Below, one piece after another: positions 37,567 to 51,700 of a stretch of 64,000 nt of DNA (position 1 is its first letter; every line of letters starts with the position of its first letter). The notes beneath the pieces are model-generated. The model did not search any database, was not told the origin of the DNA, and worked only from the letters and a program-made list of their open reading frames with translations. Source of the stretch: Octopus sinensis. Taxonomy: Eukaryota. A program made the position numbers and the translations under genes. Location of the stretch: the NCBI RefSeq assembly GCF_006345805.1, contig NC_043009.1, positions 20,708,001 through 20,772,000 of the forward strand, read 5' to 3'.

Positions 37567-40500
37567 CATATATATATATATACACACACACACACATATA
37601 TATATCCTATCTCTTTCTTACAATTCTCCCCTCCTTCAGACCCTCTATTCTGCTCTCTTATCTCTCTCTCTGCGCCATCATCTGCTGAACTTCCACTCGT
37701 TTCTCTTTCTGCACCCCCCTGCTCTCTCTCTCTCAAATCAACTTTCTCACATCTCACCCCCTCTCTGTTCCTCTACTTCACTCATTCTCCCTTTTACTCT
37801 CTTTCCCTCCGCTCCTTGTGTCCCCTTACTTCTTTCTCTACACCACCCTCTCTGTCCCTTTACTACACTCTCTTGCACCTCTATCCTGACCCCACTTCTC
37901 TCCCCTTTTTCTTCCTACCTTTCCTCTCCCTGCTCCCTCAAAGGTTCACCCCCTTGTCTCTCTTTCTCCTTACCACCCTCTCTGTCTCTTTACTTCACTC
38001 TCTTGTACCTCTATCTCGCCCTCTCCCCTTTTTTCTCTCTGCTCCCCCTAAGGTCCATCCCCTTGTCTCTCTTTTCCTCCCTGTTCCTTTACTTCTTTCT
38101 CTCTACCACACCTCTATCCCGCTCACTCTCCCCCTACTGACCTGCCATTCTTTCTCTCTTCTCTCAGATCAATCCCCTTGTCTCTCTCTCTATCCCCCGG
38201 CTGATCTGCCACCAGCTTTTTTCATCTCTTCTCTCCTCTCCCTCTCAGGTTAACCATCTTATCTTTCCTTCTCTCTCTGTTCCTCTATTTCACTCTCACT
38301 GTATCTCAGGCGAAAATGTCAAGGAACTGGTCTGTGAGGAAGTTGCAATTGTTCGTCCGCGCCTGGAAGATTGCCGAGGGTGATTCGCCAAACAATATCA
38401 TTGCAGCGGCGCTTAAGAGCAATGATTTCTCCAGGACCACCGCCCAGATAGAGCGAAAGAAACGAGAATTCCTCCGTTCATACGCTCTAATCAGGCAACA
38501 CATGGGCACTCTGGACATCATCCTAGGAGGTGACTGCACCAGGGAAGACCAACAGGATGGAGAAAGCATCCAGGACCCAACAAAAGACACAACCGAGAAA
38601 CCTGCAACCAAACAATGGCACATGTTCAGCTCCTAACACAACTGAAGACCAAAGAGGTGCGATGGCCGCAAAAAAAGGAAAGCACCCTAAAATCGACGGA
38701 AAACAAGAGCTAAAAGACAAGAAAACTAAAACAAACACTGTTCAGAAAAAAACAGAAGAACCCCAGCAAGAGCTACAAGGGTAAAAGCAGAAACATCTGC
38801 AAATTCTACCTGAAGGGAGACTGCTGGCATGACATCGATGGTGCAAACTGTCGTTTTGCACATCAGAAGCCCTGCCAAAACCGTATGGACACAAGACAAA
38901 AATCCCTCCCTCGGGGAGAACAAAAAGATAAAGAAAAATATAATTGAAGGAAAAATGGCGCACTGACCACTCCTGAAAGACGATATGCGGATGTAGTGCA
39001 CGGTCCAAAAAAGATACTGCATAGCCCAACAAATGGCTAGCTTCACCCAGATGTGAGAAGGGCAGCAGCTGAACAGCAATCTTTTTTTGTGCATGGCAAA
39101 AAAATTGTTCAGCAGCTAACCTGGCTACAAACACAAAGCTGGAACTACCACCACATAAGGCCACCACCAACAGATGCAGGATGGCCACCACAGACACCAA
39201 CAAAAATATTTCTACTAAACATAGGAGGGCTGCTGTGTGGCAACTGTAAAAGGAAAATCTCATTCCTGAGAGACCTTGTGGCATGCAATCAAGCTATATG
39301 CATAGCACTCATAGAAACGCATCTTGGATCCGATATAGGGGATGCAGAAATACACATACTGCAATATGCTGTCATATGCTCAGATAAAGGAGGAGCCATG
39401 GTGGAGTTGCAATGTACATCCGAAATGACCTCACGTCCCAGGTCCTGTTGTCATATTCAAACTCAAATTATACACATAAGACAACTGAATATCGTCATAT
39501 GTACTACATATCACCCACCGGATGCCCCAAATCACACAAGCATGTTTGAAGACTGCCTAACAAAAATAGGAGAAGTTCTCACCAACCTGGAACAACACAA
39601 CAGTGTATTCTTCATGGGTGACTTTAACTTCCCCAATGTGGAATGGCTTGGGGTGGGGGTGGGGCAGATGCTCCCAGGGATGAAACATCATCAGCAGGCA
39701 CAGGCAGAGTCCCTGCTCCATCTCACAAATGCCTCTTTCATGGAGCAAATAGTGCTGCAACCAACAAGTGCAGATAATATACTGGATCTCTGCTTCACAA
39801 ACAATATGGATATTATCCATAATGTTAAAGTGATGCCGACAATGATCTCGGATCACAACATAATAGAGCTGTCTATGTATGGACCAAAAGTCCCTGCAGA
39901 CACACAGCCTATACGAAGCATCCACAATCTCTCCAACTTAAACTTTCATAAAGCAAATTGGAAGTTGATCGAGAAAGAGATCCTCAAACAGGATTGACCT
40001 AAATGCCTCTCCACACTGGACATTAACATGAAACAAATGTTTCATGTCCATAATACAAGCCATATGTGACAAATATGTCCCAGTGTGCAGGGCCAGCACA
40101 CACAAAAACAGGATCCCTAGAGAAAGGAAGATTCTTATGAGACGACAGACAAGGATTGCAAACCACCTGAGCAAGCACACCAAAAGTGGTGAGAAGTCTC
40201 GGCTCGAGAGAATGCTAATGGAAATTGAGAAAAGTCTGCATCAGTCTCGTGAAAAGGAGAGAGCAGATAAAGAAGCTTGGGTAATAGAAAATATAAAGTC
40301 AAACCCTAAAGCTTTCTTTAAGTTTGCCAAAGAGACAGCCACAGTGCACCAGAGAATAGGACCTCTCTTCCAAAAAGATGGCTCCCTCACAGGAAATCCC
40401 ACGAGGATAAGTGAAATACTGAACGAACAGTTCCAAAGTGTGTTCACTACACCTCTAGGACACAGGCAAGTAAACAACCCAGAAGAATTCTTTGCCACTT

Positions 40501-42329
40501 TACCTGTGGCCAAAGAGGCAAAAATTGAGTACATCAACATTGAAGATGATGATATCACACTTGCTATAGATGAGATTGACACAAACTCAGCTGCTGGACC
40601 TGATGGATTTCCAGCGATCCATCTCAAATCGTACAAACAAGATCTTGCAAAACCGCTTCAGCTTCTTTCTCTGAGCTTTCTTGCAAGTGGTAAGCTCCCA
40701 GTCAAATTGAAAGAGGGGGTAATATGCCCTATCCATAAGGGAGGAAGCAGAGTAGATGCTAAAAATTATAGGCCTATCTCTCTGACCTCACACATCAGCA
40801 AAGTCATGGAACAAATAGTCCGCAAGACTCTAATCATGTTCCTTGAAGAAAATGGCTTGCTGACTGACACCCAGCATGGATTTCGACCAGGTAGAAGCTG
40901 CCTAACACAGCTCCTGCAACACTATGACTGGGTGTTAAAACAGCTACTAAATGGCTCACATGTGGATGTGATACATCTCAACTTTGCAAAAGCCTTTGAT
41001 AAAGTCGACCACGGCATGATTTGTCACAAACTGCGTGGTCTTGGCATAGGTGGAAAACTTGGAGAGTGGCTGTACAACTTCCTAAAAGATAGAAGGCAGG
41101 CAGTTGTGAGCAATGGAGCCACCTCCAAGGAAACACAAATAACAAGCGGTGTTCCACAGGGCACTGTCTTGGGGCCACTGCTGTTCATAGTGGCCCTTTC
41201 AGACATGCCCTCAGTTGCTAAGATGGCCACCCTTGCTAGCTATGCAGATGACACAAAAGTCTCCCACACAATACAAAACCCTGGAAATATTGCACATCTG
41301 CAACAGGAGTTGGATACAACATACAGGTGGGCTGAAGACAACAACATGCAGTTTAATGCAGGTAAGTTCCAGGCCCTGTGCTACCGGCACACAAAGGTAA
41401 ATGACATGCAGACTGGATACACTGGCCCGGGAAGAATTGCAATCCCTGAGTCAAAATCAGTGCGTGACCTGGACATTGACATGAGCAATGATGCATCTTT
41501 CCAAGTGCATATTACTAATTTGGGGATAAAATGCAGACGGCTAGCTGGATGGATTCTCTGAACTTTCAGAACAAGAGAGAAGGCGACACCGACGGCCCTC
41601 TGGAAAACTTTCGTTCTCAACCACTTGGTCTACTGCTCCCAACTATGGTCACCACACAATATAAAACTAACAGCAGAACTCGAAGCAATTCAAAGAAGCT
41701 ACATAAAGAAGATCATCTCAATGCAACATATCAGCTACTGGGAAAGACTGAAAGTATTAAAACTCTTCTCCCTAGAGTGAAGGCAGGAGAGATATGCGGT
41801 GATATACATCTGGAAAATCCTGGAGGGTCTTGTCTCAAACTTTGGCATTCAAAGTTACCCCAACCGCAGAACGAGGCGCCACTGCATGGTGCCAAAGATT
41901 CCAACATCACCATCAAAATACAGGACCAGATACTGCAACAGCTTGGGTTTCAGAGGACCACAGTTCACTAACATCCTCCCTGAGAAACTTGCATGGTGTG
42001 GATCTCTTCTTGTCGGGGGTCCCAGATGAACCTACCTCACGACAGGAGACACAGATGCGGGCAGCGGCATCGAACTCCCTTGTCGACCAAGTGCCACGTA
42101 TCAGAGGTGGATTCACATATTAGTGTACCTCATTCAGCGGTGGTGCTCCAGCATGGCCGCAGCCTTCGAGCTGAAACATTTTTAAGGATTTATATGTATA
42201 AACATACACATATATATACACACAAATATATATATACACATATATATATACACATACACATATATATATACACATACATATATATATATACATACATTTA
42301 TATATATACATATATATATATATATATAC

Positions 42330-42361
<32 letters not shown>

Positions 42362-43702
42362 GCAAGATGTTCGAAACCATCCTTAAGAAAAGTATGATGC
42401 TCCACCTCCAAAACACAGCCTCTATCTCTGATTCCCAACACGGCTTCTTGCCGAAGAGACCATGCTTGACCAACTTACTGGTAATGGAAGAATTGGTGAC
42501 GCGCATCCTCGATGATAGTGATGCTGTTGACATCGTTTTATTGGACTTTGCAAAAGCTTTTGACTCGGTAAACCACCGCCTATTACTTGTCAAGCTTCAA
42601 GCATATAGTTTCCATCCGGATATTGTACGATGGGTTGGTGCCTTCCTCTCAGATCCCTCCTTCCAAGTCCAAGTTAATGGTTCGCTGTCCAACATCTCCA
42701 GTGCGAGCAGTGGTGTGCCTCAAGGTTCAGTGCTTGGGCCCTTATTGTTCTTAGTCTTCATAAATGACACACCCTTCTATTTGCCGACGATGTCAAACTG
42801 GTCGCTCCTCGTGGTGATGTAGAGGATCTTCGTTGATGCCTCCACCAAATTTGGAGATGGTCTAATGAATGGGACCTGTGTCTGAACGTGTCAAAGTGCT
42901 GTCATCTGCCTGTTGGGTCTTCTACAACTCAACTTGATTTTGAGCCGGGTTGTCTGCTGCTGGAGAGGACCAACCAGGTAAAGGACCTGGGTATCTTGGT
43001 GCATTCTTCCTTCTCGCCTTCGGCCCAGTGCATCCATGCTGCCAACAAAGCACGCGGAGTTCTGTTCTTGATTCGACGGTCATTCGGAATGCTCACAGCA
43101 GCCATATTCCTACCGCTCTATGTCACGCTGGTGAGACCCATATTGGAGTACGGGATTCAAGCCTCTTCTCCTTATCTCCTCAAAGATATACAGCATCTCG
43201 TAAGAGTCCAGAAGCTGGCTTCCCGCATGGTTCTTGGTCTCAAGAATTTGTTTTATGAAGAAGGGCTGAAGACGCTTGACCTTTATTCTCTAGAAAAACA
43301 ACGACGCCGTGGTGATCTCATTCTTGCTCACAACATCATAAGCGGAAAGAGCTGTTCTTCACTCCTGCTCCAGAGCGTCAGCTGCGGAGTCATTCCAAAA
43401 AGCTCTATCTGCGACGATTTCATCTCAATCGAAGGAGAGAGGCTTTCTCCGTCTGGGTTGCGGATCCGTGGAATAAGCTGCCGGACGAGATGGTGAAGAT
43501 GCCGACGACCGCTCGGTTCAAAGTCTCCCTTGACCACAAGTGGCCTGAACTCTTTACATGAACACCACCTTGTACATAACTCCATGTCCCCCTACATGGC
43601 CTTGCTTTTTGAGCCAAAAAATTAACTAACTAACTAACATATACATACATATATATATACATACATACATATATATATACATACATACATATATATACAT
43701 AC

Positions 43703-43736
<34 letters not shown>

Positions 43737-43740
43737 ATAC

Positions 43741-43773
<33 letters not shown>

Positions 43774-43774
43774 C

Positions 43775-43807
<33 letters not shown>

Positions 43808-44792
43808 CATACATACATATATACATACATTACATACATATATAGATATATTATATACATACAATATATATATATATATACATACATATATTACATACAT
43901 AATATATACATACATATTATACATACATACATACATACAATATATATATACATACATACATAATATATACATACATATATATATATAACATACATATATA
44001 TATACATACAATTATATATATATATACATACATATATATATAATACATTATATATATATACATACATATATATACATAATATATATATACATATATATAT
44101 ATATATACATACATACAATATACATAACATACAATATTAATATATATATATACATACATATATACATACATACATATATACAATACATATATATATATAT
44201 ACATACATATATACATACATATATATATACATTATACATAATACATACATACATATATATATACATACATACATATATATATATATACATACATATATAT
44301 ATATATACAATACATATATTATATACATACATATATATATATACATACATATATATATACATACATAATATATACATACATATATATATACATACATATA
44401 TACATAACATATATATATATATACATACATATATTATATATTATATATATATATACATACATATATATATATACATACATATATATATATATACATACAT
44501 ATATATATATATCTACTATATATAATACATACATATATATATATACATACATATATATATATACATACATACATATATATATATACATACATACATATAT
44601 ATATATACATACTATAATATACATACATATATATATATATAACATATATATATATATACATACATATATATATATACATACATAATATATATAATATATA
44701 ATTATACATATTATATATATATATACATACTATATATATATATTATATATATATAACATACATATATATATAATATATATAATACATACATA

Positions 44793-44826
<34 letters not shown>

Positions 44827-46119
44827 CATACTATATATATATACATACCACATTATATATAATACATAATATATACATAATATACATACATATATACATA
44901 CATATATATATATACATACATTATATATATATATACACACATATATATATATATATATATACATACATATATATATTATACATACATATATATATATATA
45001 TATATACATACATATAATATATATATTATATTACATACATATATATATATATATACATACATATATATATTATATATACATACATATATATATATATACA
45101 TACATATATATATATTATAATACATATATATATATAATACATACATATATATATATATACACACATATATACATACATATATAATATTACAACATATAAT
45201 ATATATACATACATTAACATACATATATACATACATATATATATATATACATATATACATACATATATATATATATACATACATATATACATACATACAT
45301 ATATACATACATATATATATATATACATACATATATTAATATATACATACATACATATTATAATATACATACCTAAATATATATATATATATATACATAC
45401 ATATATATATATATATACATACATATATATATATATACATACATATATATATATATAACATACATATATATATATATACATACATTATATATTATATATA
45501 TATTATATATATATATATATATAACATACATACATATATACATACATATATATACTTATACATACATATATACATAACATACATATATACTAACATATAT
45601 ATATATATACATACCTATATACATACATCATATATATATACATCACATATATATATAAATACATATATATATATACATACATATAATATATATACATACA
45701 TATATCTCTACATACATAATATATACATTACATATATATATACATACAATATACATATTATCTATATATACATACCATATACGAAATATAATACATATAT
45801 ATACATACATATATATATATACATACATATATATATATATACACACATATATATATACATATATATACACATACATATAATATATACATCATATATATAT
45901 TATAACATACATACATACATATATATATACATACAACATATATATACATACATATACTTATATATACATACCTATATATAATATATATACATATATATAT
46001 ATATACATACATATATATATATACATACATATATAATATATACATACATATATATATATACATACATATATATATATATATACATACATAATATATATAT
46101 ACATACATAATATATATAT

Positions 46120-46177
<58 letters not shown>

Positions 46178-47230
46178 TATATACATACTAATATATATAT
46201 CTATATAACATATATATTATATACATACAATATATATATATACATACATATATATAATATACATACATATATACATACATATAATATATATAATACATCA
46301 TATATATATATACACACATAATAATATATATATATATACATACATATTATATATATACATACATTATATATATATATATATATATACATACATATATATA
46401 TATATATACATATATATATATTATATATATACATACATATATATATAATATACATACATATATATATATATATACATACATATATATATATATACATACA
46501 ATATATATATATACACACATATATACATACATATATATATATACATACATACATATATATATATACATACATATATCTATATACATACAATATATACATA
46601 CATATATACATACAATATATATATACATACTATACATCATATAATATATAATACATACATATACATACATACATATATATATACATACATATATACACAT
46701 ATATATATATATACAACATTATATATATATACACACATACATATATATATATAACACACATATATATATATACACACATATTATATATATATATATACAT
46801 ACATATATATATAATATACATACATATATATATAATATATATATATATACATACATACCTAACATATATATATATACATAACATACATATATACATACAT
46901 ATACTATATATTATATACATACATATATACATACATACATATATATATACATACATATATATATATACATATATACATACATATAATATATACATACATA
47001 TATACATACATACATACATATATATATATACATTACATATTATATATTATATACTACATATATATATATATATACATACATATATATATATATATATACA
47101 TACATATATAATACATATACTATATATATATTATATATACATACATATATATATACATATATAATATATATATATATATATATAATACATATATATATAC
47201 ATACAATATATATATATATATATATACATA

Positions 47231-47268
<38 letters not shown>

Positions 47269-47685
47269 ATACATATATATAATATATATATATATACATA
47301 CATATACATAATATACATATTATATATATAATATATATATTATACATAACATATATATATATATATATATATAATATATATACATACATATATATATATA
47401 CATACATATATATAATACATATATATATTATACATACATATATATATACATACATACATTATATAACATACATATATATACATACATATATATAACATAT
47501 ATATATATATACATACATACATATATAACATACATATACTATATATATATACATACATAATATATATATACATACATATATATATATTATACATACAATA
47601 TATATATATACACATACATATATATATATATATACATACATATATATATACATAATATATATATATACATATATTATATACATAC

Positions 47686-47718
<33 letters not shown>

Positions 47719-47909
47719 CATACCTTATATATATATACATACATATATATATATATACATACATACATATATATATATATACATACATACATAATATATA
47801 TATATACATACATACATATATATTATATATATATACATATATATATATATACTACATACATATATATATATATATAATACATATATATATATATACATAC
47901 ATACATATA

Positions 47910-47940
<31 letters not shown>

Positions 47941-47973
47941 CATACATACATATAATATATACATATATTATAT

Positions 47974-48004
<31 letters not shown>

Positions 48005-48011
48005 CATACAT

Positions 48012-48046
<35 letters not shown>

Positions 48047-48350
48047 TATACATACATATATATATATTATACATACATACATATATATATATACATACAT
48101 ACATATATATAATATTATATATATAACATACATATTATATATATATATATATATATATACATACATATATATACATATATATATACATACATATTATATA
48201 TATACATACATATATATATATATATACATACATATATATATATCATACATATATATATATATACATACATATATATATACATACATATACATACATATAT
48301 ATATACATATATATATACATATACATACATATATATACATACATACATAT

Positions 48351-48381
<31 letters not shown>

Positions 48382-48572
48382 CACATACATATATATATTT
48401 TTATATATATATACATACATATATATATATTTTTTATATACATATATATATACATATATATATTTTTATATATATACATATATATATTTTTATATATATA
48501 TACATACATATATATATTTTTATATATACATATATATATTTTTATATATATATACATACATATATATATTTT

Positions 48573-48604
<32 letters not shown>

Positions 48605-48669
48605 CATACACATACATATATATATATACATACACATACATATATATATACACACATACATATATATAT

Positions 48670-48701
<32 letters not shown>

Positions 48702-51700
48702 GGAAGAGAGACACAGAGAGAACCCAAATAAATAACTTAACCACTGATATAACAAAAGATGCCATATTACATACCTCAAAAACAGTTATAGCAAAAGGGA
48801 ACAAAATATATCTTCGGCTGCTGAGAATAGTTATACGCTGACCTCCATTTAGATTAGAGCTTTCAATTTTTCTTAACTTGGCATCAATCCAATATAATCT
48901 TTGATTTTCATAATCTGTTCCAAAATATAATGTGTTGCATTATGGATTTACTTATTTAAATATTTATAGACAGTGAAGATAAAATAGATTTATATAAATA
49001 GCTAAGATAAGAGAGTTATATAAATAGCGATTTTTTTTGCAGACATGTGTTGATTAAATAGATATATTTAGATACAAAAGATAAAACAGATGAATTTAGA
49101 CGTGATGATAAATGTATACAGGCAGTGAAAATGAAATAGATTTATGTAACTATATGACAATAAAATTGATATATTTACATAAAGAAGATAAAATAGATTT
49201 CTGTAGTGAATAGATTTTTTTAGAGCGAAACCAGCCTGCTGTTGCATGAAATGCTGTTTAATCTTGTATTTTGAGTCTCAAATCCAGCAACAGATTATGA
49301 ACCAGCCACAAGTCCTGACTTGACAAATAGCTGCTGACAACACACTTTGGCCATACTTAACCCTTTAGCCATACTTAACCGTTTGGCATTCAGGTTATTC
49401 TGTCAAATGGAATGCTTTTTCATTCAGATTGTTTTTAATTATCATGCATTATTTTGTAGTTTTGAAATTTTGATGATGTGATTGTATATTTTTAGAATAA
49501 CACTGAAGGATAGGTGTGACAGGCTGGGTCTGGCTGGTTAGAATGGAAAAATAAAAGCATATTTGGGTCAGATACGATCAGTTTAAATGCTAAATGGTTT
49601 AAAAAAAATGCTAGCCCAGGGTTTAGTCCTCCTCTGTGAAAACAATATTACAGTCTGTGCCAATACTGGCCCAAACATAAATTTAGACAAGAAACAGATG
49701 TATTTAGAAATCAATCCTTACCTATTGTTAAACCATTTGGCCACTGGATATTTACTACAATTTTTCGTGAATATTTCCCATTCATGCCACACATTTGAAT
49801 TGAAGCTGGATATCCCCAATCAGTCCAATAAAACCAACTAAAGAAAAAATTTAACATTTAATCTTACTATTTAAACATTATTACAAAATATTGTTTCTTT
49901 TAAAGTAATTTGTGTTAGAAAATTAGTTACAACATGAATTGATACTAAAAAGGCAGAAGAATAATCAAATACACAAGTAGTAGAGGGTTCATACACTTTA
50001 AAATAAACAGCAGGTATTTTAAGGTTAGGGTGGCGTTAGTTGATGGGGTTAAAAGAATGAGTAAGTAAGTGATTTTCTGAGATAATAAACTTCCAAAATC
50101 TATCATTTGACCATCAAATAACAAATCTTCAGAAATTTGCCATTTGTGAATGGATTAAGATGACAAAGAACTTGGTCCATTTAGCAATTTAACAGTCTTG
50201 AAATTTGCCTTTGAGATGATTCTATCAAGATATTTACACATTATTCTTCAGTCATAATTTGTGAAAATATCAGATTTTTAAAATAATGTTCAGATAAAGC
50301 ATTGCAGCTATCAACATTGGGCAAACTTTGAAAATATCAGAGCAATACTGACAAAATGTTTCTTCATGGTTCTAAAACAATCATTTATAAAACAAAATTT
50401 TTTAAATGAACTTCCAAATTTCAACTTAGGTATTTCAAGTAACATTTTAGTTGGTTTTTTTTTTTTGTTTCCTGTGTCTAATGGTTTAGAAAATGATTGA
50501 GTTATTTAAGCTATGTTTTATAAATAAGTCTTATTTAATTTAAATCCATCAACAGCCTCACCAATAATAATAGCAGCTGCTGTTCTTCATTGTGATTCTT
50601 TGGCCTGTAAACTGTTCTAAGCCCTTTGAAGTTTTCAAAATTCATTGTTGTTCAACAAATAATCCTCAATTGTCAAACACTTTGAAATTAGGATGGTTTG
50701 AGAAGTAATCGAAATAGTTGAAAAAGAGGCAATGATGGTTGTGGCGGCAACAATAATTAATACTAATGAATAATAAACAAAATTACCCTCTTTTAGGATC
50801 AACAGCTATAGCTCTTGGTTCACGAAGTTCCTGATCTATCAATGTTTTAACATGATGCCCTGATTTATTTGCTACAAAAATTTTTGTCAATCCTGTATCA
50901 GTCCAGTAGATATTGTGGTGGATCCAGTCAACAGCCAAGCCATCTGGATGTTTTAGGCCAGTTCCAATAACTGTTTCCGATGAATTCACTGCATCATCAG
51001 CATCAAATGGAGCTCTGCAATTAATTAAAATCAGTTTCACATAAGAATATTTATCAATAAAAGCAATAAGTATTTGGATTCTTTGATAATATTTTCAAGT
51101 CTGTAGCTATCAAGTCAATGAAGAGTTTTAGCAAACTGTGTGTGTGTGTGTGCACATCAGTGTGAGTGTGTGTGCGCATTGTGTCAGAATATCTGTAGAT
51201 ATATATTATGTTGAGGTTGATTGACTAGTATATATATTTATACTGCAATATATATATATATATATATATATACACGTGAGTGGACAAACAAAAGAAGGGC
51301 ACTCAACAAATTTATTGGGAGTTACATGTATGGATCAAAATTGTTTGTTTTAAACTTTGGAATATCTACTAAACAAGATTCATAAATTTACTGACCTCAA
51401 AATTTTTTCTTGAGTAATGTCAGTCCAGTAAACCATCCCTTCTGCATAGTCAAAGTCAAGAGCAATGGCATTGTCACTTTTTGAATGTATTAGTTTGTAT
51501 TTATGGGTTCCAAGCTGTAATTTACGCACATCAGCTTTATTTGACACAATCAACCAAGGCCGAGGACCTACAAAATTTAAAAGAAAAACATTTCAATATT
51601 TCTCAAATTCAAAGATATTTTAAAAATATGATTATACCTCATCTAAATGTGATATAAAGAGATGAAAAAACTTTTTATGGAACTTACACTATTAAATATT

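Noticed and set aside
36961-38253. 430-aa, 377-aa and antisense ORFs rich in Y/I/H/T then S/L/P
   Set aside because: Translations of the (AY)n microsatellite and CT tract; low-complexity DNA lacks stops; intronic.
43622-43638. Telomere-like or branch-point-like (TAAC)n repeat
   Set aside because: It is the 3' tail of the CR1; not TTAGGG, and on the antisense strand of the host intron.
43626-48804. Dozens of MYVYI/CIYI-type ORFs on the minus strand
   Set aside because: Artefacts of the 5-kb simple repeat.
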